A model generated the notes under the pieces. That model was not told where the DNA came from. It did not search any database and saw only the letters and a program-made list of their open reading frames with translations. 64,000 nt of DNA from the human T2T-CHM13v2.0 reference genome, Homo sapiens. The DNA is taken from the NCBI RefSeq assembly GCF_009914755.1, contig NC_060941.1; one strand, written 5' to 3'. The position numbers and the translations under genes were made by a program. Below are positions 11,601-23,388 of the stretch, in pieces (position 1 is the stretch's first letter; each line of letters starts with the position of its first letter).

Positions 11601-14600
11601 GCAAGTGGATATTTGGTCCTCTCTGAGCATTTCGTTGGAAACGGGATAAACTGCACAGAACTAAACAGAAGCATTCTCAGAACCTTCTTCGTGATGTCTG
11701 CATTCAACTCACAGTGTGGAACCTTTCTTTGATAGTTCAGGTTTGAAACACTCTTTTTGTAGAAACTGCAAGGGGATAATTGCACTCTTTGAGGAGTACC
11801 GTAGTAAAGGAAATAACTTCCTATAAAAAGAAGACAGAAGCTTTCTCAGAAAATTCTTTGGGATGATTGAGTTGAACTCACAGAGCTGAGCATTCCTTGC
11901 GATGTAGCAGTTTAGAAACACACTTTCTGCAGAATCTGCAAGTGCATATTTGGACCTCTGTGAGGAATTCGTTGGAAACGGGATAATTTCAGCTGACTAA
12001 ACAGAAGCAGTCTCAGAATCTTCTTTGTGATGTTTGCATTCAAATCCCCGAGTTGAACTTTCCTTTCAAAGTTCACGTTTGAAACACTCTTTTTGCAGGA
12101 TCTACAAGTGGATATTTGGACCACTCTGTGTCCTTCGTTCGAAACGGGTATATCTTCACATGACATCTAGACAGAAGCATCCTCAGAAGCTTCTCTGTGA
12201 TGACTGCATTCAACTCACGGAGTTGAACACTCCTTTTGAGAGCGCAGTTTTGAAACTCTCTTTCTGTGGCATCTGCAAGGGGACATGTAGACCTCTTTGA
12301 AGATTTCGTTGGAAACGGAATCATCTTCACATAAAAACTATACAGATGCATTCTCAGGAACTTTTTGGTGATGTTTGTATTCAACTCCCAGAGTTGAACT
12401 TTCCTTTGGAAAGAGCAGCTATGAAACACTGTTTTTCTAGAATCTGCAAGTGGACGTTTGGAGGGCTTTGTGGTTTGTGGTGGAAAAGGAAATATCTTCA
12501 CCTAAATACTAGATAGAAGCATTCTCAGAAACTGCTTTGTGATGATTGCATTCACCTCACAGAGTTGAACATTCCTATTGATAGAGCAGTTTGGAAACAC
12601 TCTTGTTGTGGAATGTGCAAGTGGAGATTTGGAGCGCTTTGAGGCCTATGGTAGTAAAGGGAATAGCTTCATAGAAAAACTAGACAGAAGCATTCTCAGA
12701 AAATACTTTGTGATGATTGAGTTTAACTCACAGAGCTGAACATTCCTTTGGATGGAGCAGGTTTGAGACACACCTTTTGTAGAATCTACAAGTGGATATT
12801 TGGACCTCTCTGAGGATTTCGTTGGAAACGGGATAACTGCACCTAACTAAACGGAAGCATTCTCAGAAACTTCTTGGTGATGTTTGCATTCAAATCCCAG
12901 AGTTGAACCTTCCTTTGATAGTTCAGGTTTGAAACACTCTTTTTGTAGGATCTGCAAGTGGATATTTGGACCACTCTGTGGCCTTCGTTCGAAACGGGTA
13001 TATCTTCGCATAAAATCTAGACAGAAGACTTCTCAGAAACTTCTCTGTGATGATTGCATTCAACTCACAGAGTTGAACCCTCCTATGGATAGAGCAGTGT
13101 TGAAACTCTCTTTTTGTGGAATCTGCAAGTGGATATGTGGACCTCTCCAAAGATGTCTTTGGAAACGGGAATATCTTCACATAAAAACTAAACAGAAGCA
13201 TTCTCAGAAACTTCTCTGTGATGTTTGTGTTCAACTCCCAGAGTTTCACATTGCTTTTCATAGAGTAGTTCTGAAACATGCTTTTCGTAGTGTCTACAAG
13301 TGGACATTTGGAGCGCTTTCAGGCCTGTGGTGGAAAACGAATTATGGTCACATAAAAACTGGAGAGAAGCATTGTCAGAAACTTCTTTGTGATGATTGCA
13401 TTCAACTCACAGAGTTGAAGGTTCCTTTTCAAAGAGCAGTTTCCAATCACTCTTTGTGTGGAATCTGCAAGTGGATATTTGGACCTATTTTGAAGATTTC
13501 GTTGGAAACGGGAGAATCTTCACAGGAAAGCTAAACAGAAGCATTCTCAGAAACTTCTTTGTGATGCTTGCATTCAACTCACAGAGTTGAACTTTCCTTT
13601 CGAGAGAGAAGCTTTGAAACACTCTTTTTCCAGAATCTGCAAGTGGACATTTGGAGGGCTTTGAGGCCTGTGGTGGAAAAGGAATTATCTTCCCGTAAAA
13701 GCTAGATAGAAGCATTCTCAGAAACTACTTTGTGATGATTGCATTCAAGTCACAGAGTTGAACATTCCCTTTGACAGAGCAGTTTGGAAACTCTCTTTGT
13801 GTAGAATCTGCAAGTGGAGATATGGACCGCTTTGAGGCCTATGGTAGTAAAGGAAATAGCTTCATATAAAAGCTAGACAGTAGCATTCACAGAAAACTCT
13901 TGGTGACGACTGAGTTTAACTCACAGAGCTGAACATTCCTTTGGATGGAGCAGTTTCGAAACACACTATTTGTAGAATGTGCAAGTGGATATTTAGGCCT
14001 CTCTGAGGATTTCGTTGGAAACGGGATAAACCGCACAGAACTAAACAGAAGCATTCTCAGAACCTTCTTCGTGATGTTTGCATTCAACTCACAGTGTTGA
14101 ACCTTTCTTTGATAGTTCAGGTTTGAAACGGTCTTTCTGTAGAAACTGCAAGTAGATATTTGGACCTCTCTGAGGATTTCGTTGGAAACGGGATAACCCG
14201 CACAGAACTAAAACAGAAGCATTCTCAGAACCCTCTTCGTGATGTTTGCATTCAACTCACAGTGCTGAACCTTTCTTTGATAGTTCAGCTTTGAAACACT
14301 CTTTTTGTAGAAACTGCAAGTGGATATTTGGTCCTCTCTGAGCATTTCGTTGGAAACGGGATAAACTACACAGAACTAAACAGAAGCATTCTCAGAACCT
14401 TCTTCGTGATGTCTGCATTCAACTCACAGTGTGGAACCTTTCTTTGATAGTTCAGGTTTGAAACACTCTTTTTGTAGAAACTGCAAGGGGATAATTGCAC
14501 TCTTTGAGGAGTACCGTAGTAAAGGAAATAACTTCCTATAAAAAGAAGACAGAAGCTTTCTCAGAAAATTCTTTGGGATGATTGAGTTGAACTCACAGAG

Positions 14601-17600
14601 CTGAGCATTCCTTGCGATGTAGCAGTTTAGAAACACACTTTCTGCAGAATCTGCAAGTGCATATTTGGACCTCTGTGAGGAATTCGTTGGAAACGGGATA
14701 ATTTCAGCTGACTAAACAGAAGCAGTCTCAGAATCTTCTTTGTGATGTTTGCATTCAAATCCCCGAGTTGAACTTTCCTTTCAAAGTTCACGTTTGAAAC
14801 ACTCTTTTTGCAGGATCTACAAGTGGATATTTGGACCACTCTGTGTCCTTCGTTCGAAACGGGTATATCTTCACATGACATCTAGACAGAAGCATCCTCA
14901 GAAGCTTCTCTGTGATGACTGCATTCAACTCACGGAGTTGAACACTCCTTTTGAGAGCGCAGTTTTGAAACTCTCTTTCTGTGGCATCTGCAAGGGGACA
15001 TGTAGACCTCTTTGAAGATTTCGTTGGAAACGGAATCATCTTCACATAAAAACTATACAGATGCATTCTCAGGAACTTTTTGGTGATGTTTGTATTCAAC
15101 TCCCAGAGTTGAACTTTCCTTTGGAAAGAGCAGCTATGAAACACTGTTTTTCTAGAATCTGCAAGTGGACGTTTGGAGGGCTTTGTGGTTTGTGGTGGAA
15201 AAGGAAATATCTTCACCTAAATACTAGATAGAAGCATTCTCAGAAACTGCTTTGTGATGATTGCATTCACCTCACAGAGTTGAACATTCCTATTGATAGA
15301 GCAGTTTGGAAACACTCTTGTTGTGGAATGTGCAAGTGGAGATTTGGAGCGCTTTGAGGCCTATGGTAGTAAAGGGAATAGCTTCATAGAAAAACTAGAC
15401 AGAAGCATTCTCAGAAAATACTTTGTGATGATTGAGTTTAACTCACAGAGCTGAACATTCCTTTGGATGGAGCAGGTTTGAGACACACCTTTTGTAGAAT
15501 CTACAAGTGGATATTTGGACCTCTCTGAGGATTTCGTTGGAAACGGGATAACTGCACCTAACTAAACGGAAGCATTCTCAGAAACTTCTTGGTGATGTTT
15601 GCATTCAAATCCCAGAGTTGAACCTTCCTTTGATAGTTCAGGTTTGAAACACTCTTTTTGTAGGATCTGCAAGTGGATATTTGGACCACTCTGTGGCCTT
15701 CGTTCGAAACGGGTATATCTTCGCATAAAATCTAGACAGAAGCCTTCTCAGAAACTTCTCTGTGATGATTGCATTCAACTCACAGAGTTGAACCCTCCTA
15801 TGGATAGAGCAGTGTTGAAACTCTCTTTTTGTGGAATCTGCAAGTGGATATGTGGACCTCTCCGAAGATGTCTTTGGAAACGGGAATATCTTCACATAAA
15901 AACTAAACAGAAGCATTCTCAGAAACTTCTCTGTGATGTTTGTGTTCAACTCCCAGAGTTTCACATTGCTTTTCATAGAGTAGTTCTGAAACATGCTTTT
16001 CGTAGTGTCTACAAGTGGACATTTGGAGCGCTTTCAGGCCTGTGGTGGAAAACGAATTATGGTCACATAAAAACTGGAGAGAAGCATTGTCAGAAACTTC
16101 TTTGTGATGATTGCATTCAACTCACAGAGTTGAAGGTTCCTTTTCAAAGAGCAGTTTCCAATCACTCTTTGTGTGGAATCTGCAAGTGGATATTTGGACC
16201 TATTTTGAAGATTTCGTTGGAAACGGGAGAATCTTCACAGGAAAGCTAAACAGAAGCATTCTCAGAAACTTCTTTGTGATGCTTGCATTCAACTCACAGA
16301 GTTGAACTTTCCTTTCGAGAGAGAAGCTTTGAAACACTCTTTTTCCAGAATCTGCAAGTGGACATTTGGAGGGCTTTGAGGCCTGTGGTGGAAAAGGAAT
16401 TATCTTCCCGTAAAAGCTAGATAGAAGCATTCTCAGAAACTACTTTGTGATGATTGCATTCAAGTCACAGAGTTGAACATTCCCTTTGACAGAGCAGTTT
16501 GGAAACTCTCTTTGTGTAGAATCTGCAAGTGGAGATATGGACCGCTTTGAGGCCTATGGTAGTAAAGGAAATAGCTTCATATAAAAGCTAGACAGTAGCA
16601 TTCACAGAAAACTCTTGGTGACGACTGAGTTTAACTCACAGAGCTGAACATTCCTTTGGATGGAGCAGTTTCGAAACACACTATTTGTAGAATGTGCAAG
16701 TGGATATTTAGGCCTCTCTGAGGATTTCGTTGGAAACGGGATAAACCGCACAGAACTAAACAGAAGCATTCTCAGAACCTTCTTCGTGATGTTTGCATTC
16801 AACTCACAGTGTTGAACCTTTCTTTGATAGTTCAGGTTTGAAACGGTCTTTCTGTAGAAACTGCAAGTAGATATTTGGACCTCTCTGAGGATTTCGTTGG
16901 AAACGGGATAACCCGCACAGAACTAAAACAGAAGCATTCTCAGAACCCTCTTCGTGATGTTTGCATTCAACTCACAGTGCTGAACCTTTCTTTGATAGTT
17001 CAGCTTTGAAACACTCTTTTTGTAGAAACTGCAAGTGGATATTTGGTCCTCTCTGAGCATTTCGTTGGAAACGGGATAAACTGCACAGAACTAAACAGAA
17101 GCATTCTCAGAACCTTCTTCGTGATGTCTGCATTCAACTCACAGTGTGGAACCTTTCTTTGATAGTTCAGGTTTGAAACACTCTTTTTGTAGAAACTGCA
17201 AGGGGATAATTGCACTCTTTGAGGAGTACCGTAGTAAAGGAAATAACTTCCTATAAAAAGAAGACAGAAGCTTTCTCAGAAAATTCTTTGGGATGATTGA
17301 GTTGAACTCACAGAGCTGAGCATTCCTTGCGATGTAGCAGTTTAGAAACACACTTTCTGCAGAATCTGCAAGTGCATATTTGGACCTCTGTGAGGAATTC
17401 GTTGGAAACGGGATAATTTCAGCTGACTAAACAGAAGCAGTCTCAGAATCTTCTTTGTGATGTTTGCATTCAAATCCCCGAGTTGAACTTTCCTTTCAAA
17501 GTTCACGTTTGAAACACTCTTTTTGCAGGATCTACAAGTGGATATTTGGACCACTCTGTGTCCTTCGTTCGAAACGGGTATATCTTCACATGACATCTAG

Positions 17601-20600
17601 ACAGAAGCATCCTCAGAAGCTTCTCTGTGATGACTGCATTCAACTCACGGAGTTGAACACTCCTTTTGAGAGCGCAGTTTTGAAACTCTCTTTCTGTGGC
17701 ATCTGCAAGGGGACATGTAGACCTCTTTGAAGATTTCGTTGAAAACGGAATCATCTTCACATAAAAACTATACAGATGCATTCTCAGGAACTTTTTGGTG
17801 ATGTTTGTATTCAACTCCCAGAGTTGAACTTTCCTTTGGAAAGAGCAGCTATGAAACACTCTTTTTCTAGAATCTGCAAGTGGACGTTTGGAGGGCTTTG
17901 TGGTTTGTGGTGGAAAAGGAAATATCTTCACCTAAATACTAGATAGAAGCATTCTCAGAAACTGCTTTGTGATGATTGCATTCACCTCACAGAGTTGAAC
18001 ATTCCTATTGATAGAGCAGTTTGGAAACACTCTTGTTGTGGAATGTGCAAGTGGAGATTTGGAGCGCTTTGAGGCCTATGGTAGTAAAGGGAATAGCTTC
18101 ATAGAAAAACTAGACAGAAGCATTCTCAGAAAATACTTTGTGATGATTGAGTTTAACTCACAGAGCTGAACATTCCTTTGGATGGAGCAGGTTTGAGACA
18201 CACCTTTTGTAGAATCTACAAGTGGATATTTGGACCTCTCTGAGGATTTCGTTGGAAACGGGATAACTGCACCTAACTAAACGGAAGCATTCTCAGAAAC
18301 TTCTTGGTGATGTTTGCATTCAAATCCCAGAGTTGAACCTTCCTTTGATAGTTCAGGTTTGAAACACTCTTTTTGTAGGATCTGCAAGTGGATATTTGGA
18401 CCACTCTGTGGCCTTCGTTCGAAACGGGTATATCTTCGCATAAAATCTAGACAGAAGCCTTCTCAGAAACTTCTCTGTGATGATTGCATTCAACTCACAG
18501 AGTTGAACCCTCCTATGGATAGAGCAGTGTTGAAACTCTCTTTTTGTGGAATCTGCAAGTGGATATGTGGACCTCTCCGAAGATGTCTTTGGAAACGGGA
18601 ATATCTTCACATAAAAACTAAACAGAAGCATTCTCAGAAACTTCTCTGTGATGTTTGTGTTCAACTCCCAGAGTTTCACATTGCTTTTCATAGAGTAGTT
18701 CTGAAACATGCTTTTCGTAGTGTCTACAAGTGGACATTTGGAGCGCTTTCAGGCCTGTGGTGGAAAACGAATTATGGTCACATAAAAACTGGAGAGAAGC
18801 ATTGTCAGAAACTTCTTTGTGATGATTGCATTCAACTCACAGAGTTGAAGGTTCCTTTTCAAAGAGCAGTTTCCAATCACTCTTTGTGTGGAATCTGCAA
18901 GTGGATATTTGGACCTATTTTGAAGATTTCGTTGGAAACGGGAGAATCTTCACAGGAAAGCTAAACAGAAGCATTCTCAGAAACTTCTTTGTGATGCTTG
19001 CATTCAACTCACAGAGTTGAACTTTCCTTTCGAGAGAGAAGCTTTGAAACACTCTTTTTCCAGAATCTGCAAGTGGACATTTGGAGGGCTTTGAGGCCTG
19101 TGGTGGAAAAGGAATTATCTTCCCGTAAAAGCTAGATAGAAGCATTCTCAGAAACTACTTTGTGATGATTGCATTCAAGTCACAGAGTTGAACATTCCCT
19201 TTGACAGAGCAGTTTGGAAACTCTCTTTGTGTAGAATCTGCAAGTGGAGATATGGACCGCTTTGAGGCCTATGGTAGTAAAGGAAATAGCTTCATATAAA
19301 AGCTAGACAGTAGCATTCACAGAAAACTCTTGGTGACGACTGAGTTTAACTCACAGAGCTGAACATTCCTTTGGATGGAGCAGTTTCGAAACACACTATT
19401 TGTAGAATGTGCAAGTGGATATTTAGGCCTCTCTGAGGATTTCGTTGGAAACGGGATAAACCGCACAGAACTAAACAGAAGCATTCTCAGAACCTTCTTC
19501 GTGATGTTTGCATTCAACTCACAGTGTTGAACCTTTCTTTGATAGTTCAGGTTTGAAACGGTCTTTCTGTAGAAACTGCAAGTAGATATTTGGACCTCTC
19601 TGAGGATTTCGTTGGAAACGGGATAACCCGCACAGAACTAAAACAGAAGCATTCTCAGAACCCTCTTCGTGATGTTTGCATTCAACTCACAGTGCTGAAC
19701 CTTTCTTTGATAGTTCAGCTTTGAAACACTCTTTTTGTAGAAACTGCAAGTGGATATTTGGTCCTCTCTGAGCATTTCGTTGGAAACGGGATAAACTGCA
19801 CAGAACTAAACAGAAGCATTCTCAGAACCTTCTTCGTGATGTCTGCATTCAACTCACAGTGTGGAACCTTTCTTTGATAGTTCAGGTTTGAAACACTCTT
19901 TTTGTAGAAACTGCAAGGGGATAATTGCACTCTTTGAGGAGTACCGTAGTAAAGGAAATAACTTCCTATAAAAAGAAGACAGAAGCTTTCTCAGAAAATT
20001 CTTTGGGATGATTGAGTTGAACTCACAGAGCTGAGCATTCCTTGCGATGTAGCAGTTTAGAAACACACTTTCTGCAGAATCTGCAAGTGCATATTTGGAC
20101 CTCTGTGAGGAATTCGTTGGAAACGGGATAATTTCAGCTGACTAAACAGAAGCAGTCTCAGAATCTTCTTTGTGATGTTTGCATTCAAATCCCCGAGTTG
20201 AACTTTCCTTTCAAAGTTCACGTTTGAAACACTCTTTTTGCAGGATCTACAAGTGGATATTTGGACCACTCTGTGTCCTTCGTTCGAAACGGGTATATCT
20301 TCACATGACATCTAGACAGAAGCATCCTCAGAAGCTTCTCTGTGATGACTGCATTCAACTCACGGAGTTGAACACTCCTTTTGAGAGCGCAGTTTTGAAA
20401 CTCTCTTTCTGTGGCATCTGCAAGGGGACATGTAGACCTCTTTGAAGATTTCGTTGAAAACGGAATCATCTTCACATAAAAACTATACAGATGCATTCTC
20501 AGGAACTTTTTGGTGATGTTTGTATTCAACTCCCAGAGTTGAACTTTCCTTTGGAAAGAGCAGCTATGAAACACTCTTTTTCTAGAATCTGCAAGTGGAC

Positions 20601-22028
20601 GTTTGGAGGGCTTTGTGGTTTGTGGTGGAAAAGGAAATATCTTCACCTAAATACTAGATAGAAGCATTCTCAGAAACTGCTTTGTGATGATTGCATTCAC
20701 CTCACAGAGTTGAACATTCCTATTGATAGAGCAGTTTGGAAACACTCTTGTTGTGGAATGTGCAAGTGGAGATTTGGAGCGCTTTGAGGCCTATGGTAGT
20801 AAAGGGAATAGCTTCATAGAAAAACTAGACAGAAGCATTCTCAGAAAATACTTTGTGATGATTGAGTTTAACTCACAGAGCTGAACATTCCTTTGGATGG
20901 AGCAGGTTTGAGACACACCTTTTGTAGAATCTACAAGTGGATATTTGGACCTCTCTGAGGATTTCGTTGGAAACGGGATAACTGCACCTAACTAAACGGA
21001 AGCATTCTCAGAAACTTCTTGGTGATGTTTGCATTCAAATCCCAGAGTTGAACCTTCCTTTGATAGTTCAGGTTTGAAACACTCTTTTTGTAGGATCTGC
21101 AAGTGGATATTTGGACCACTCTGTGGCCTTCGTTCGAAACGGGTATATCTTCGCATAAAATCTAGACAGAAGCCTTCTCAGAAACTTCTCTGTGATGATT
21201 GCATTCAACTCACAGAGTTGAACCCTCCTATGGATAGAGCAGTGTTGAAACTCTCTTTTTGTGGAATCTGCAAGTGGATATGTGGACCTCTCCGAAGATG
21301 TCTTTGGAAACGGGAATATCTTCACATAAAAACTAAACAGAAGCATTCTCAGAAACTTCTCTGTGATGTTTGTGTTCAACTCCCAGAGTTTCACATTGCT
21401 TTTCATAGAGTAGTTCTGAAACATGCTTTTCGTAGTGTCTACAAGTGGACATTTGGAGCGCTTTCAGGCCTGTGGTGGAAAACGAATTATGGTCACATAA
21501 AAACTGGAGAGAAGCATTGTCAGAAACTTCTTTGTGATGATTGCATTCAACTCACAGAGTTGAAGGTTCCTTTTCAAAGAGCAGTTTCCAATCACTCTTT
21601 CTGTGGAATCTGCAAGTGGATATTTGGACCTATTTTGAAGATTTCGTTGGAAACGGGAGAATCTTCACAGGAAAGCTAAACAGAAGCATTCTCAGAAACT
21701 TCTTTGTGATGCTTGCATTCAACTCACAGAGTTGAACTTTCCTTTCGAGAGAGAAGCTTTGAAACACTCTTTTTCCAGAATCTGCAAGTGGACATTTGGA
21801 GGGCTTTGAGGCCTGTGGTGGAAAAGGAATTATCTTCCCGTAAAAGCTAGATAGAAGCATTCTCAGAAACTACTTTGTGATGATTGCATTCAAGTCACAG
21901 AGTTGAACATTCCCTTTGACAGAGCAGTTTGGAAACTCTCTTTGTGTAGAATCTGCAAGTGGAGATATGGACCGCTTTGAGGCCTATGGTAGTAAAGGAA
22001 ATAGCTTCATATAAAAGCTAGACAGTAG

Positions 22029-23388
22029 CATTCACAGAAAACTCTTGGTGACGACTGAGTTTAACTCACAGAGCTGAACATTCCTTTGGATGGAGCAGTT
22101 TCGAAACACACTATTTGTAGAATGTGCAAGTGGATATTTAGGCCTCTCTGAGGATTTCGTTGGAAACGGGATAAACCGCACAGAACTAAACAGAAGCATT
22201 CTCAGAACCTTCTTCGTGATGTTTGCATTCAACTCACAGTGTTGAACCTTTCTTTGATAGTTCAGGTTTCAAACGGTCTTTCTGTAGAAACTGCAAGTAG
22301 ATATTTGGACCTCTCTGAGGATTTCGTTGGAAACGGGATAACTGCACCTAACTAAACGGAAGCATTCTCAGAAACTTCTTGGTGATGTTTGCATTCAAAT
22401 CCCAGAGTTGAAACTTCCTTTGATAGTTCAGGTTTGAAACACTCTTTTTGTAGGATCTGCAAGTGGATATTTGGACCACTCTGTGGCCTTCGTTCGAAAC
22501 GGGTATATCTTCGCATAAAATCTAGACAGAAGCCTTCTCAGAAACTTCTCTGTGATGATTGCATTCAACTCACAGAGTTGAACCCTCCTATGGATAGAGC
22601 AGTGTTGAAACTCTCTTTTTGTGGAATCTGCAAGTGGATATGTGGACCTCTCCGAAGATGTCTTTGGAAACGGGAATATCTTCACATAAAAACTAAACAG
22701 AAGCATTCTCAGAAACTTCTCTGTGATGTTTGTGTTCAACTCCCAGAGTTTCACATTGCTTTTCATAGAGTAGTTCTGAAACATGCTTTTCGTAGTGTCT
22801 ACAAGTGGACATTTGGAGCGCTTTCAGGCCTGTGGTGGAAAACGAATTATGGTCACATAAAAACTGGAGAGAAGCATTGTCAGAAACTTCTTTGTGATGA
22901 TTGCATTCAACTCACAGAGTTGAAGGTTCCTTTTCAAAGAGCAGTTTCCAATCACTCTTTGTGTGGAATCTGCAAGTGGATATTTGGACCTATTTTGAAG
23001 ATTTCGTTGGAAACGGGAGAATCTTCACAGGAAAGCTAAACAGAAGCATTCTCAGAAACTTCTTTGTGATGCTTGCATTCAACTCACAGAGTTGAACTTT
23101 CCTTTCGAGAGAGAAGCTTTGAAACACTCTTTTTCCAGAATCTGCAAGTGGACATTTGGAGGGCTTTGAGGCCTGTGGTGGAAAAGGAATTATCTTCCCG
23201 TAAAAGCTAGATAGAAGCATTCTCAGAAACTACTTTGTGATGATTGCATTCAAGTCACAGAGTTGAACATTCCCTTTGACAGAGCAGTTTGGAAACTCTC
23301 TTTGTGTAGAATCTGCAAGTGGAGATATGGACCGCTTTGAGGCCTATGGTAGTAAAGGAAATAGCTTCATATAAAAGCTAGACAGTAG
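22029..23388 (+). repeat. 8-mer HOR structural variant #1 (1360 bp)
   Basis: Marker spacing 22032->23392 = 1360. Hybrid monomer ...ctgcaagtagatatt...cgggataactgcacctaac with junction tract 22300-22342. Confidence 0.96.

Larger units (their letters stand above)
308..22028 (+). repeat. Homogeneous block of eight consecutive canonical 16-mer HOR units
   Basis: The marker ORF recurs at 311, 3026, 5742, 8457, 11172, 13887, 16602, 19317 and 22032. Spacing is 2715 bp, with one 2716 caused by a 1-bp insertion near 4664. Confidence 0.97.

Noticed and set aside
22266-22274. gtttCaaac as a micro-inversion of gtttGaaac (its exact reverse complement)
   Set aside because: With 4-bp arms this cannot be distinguished from a simple G>C transversion.
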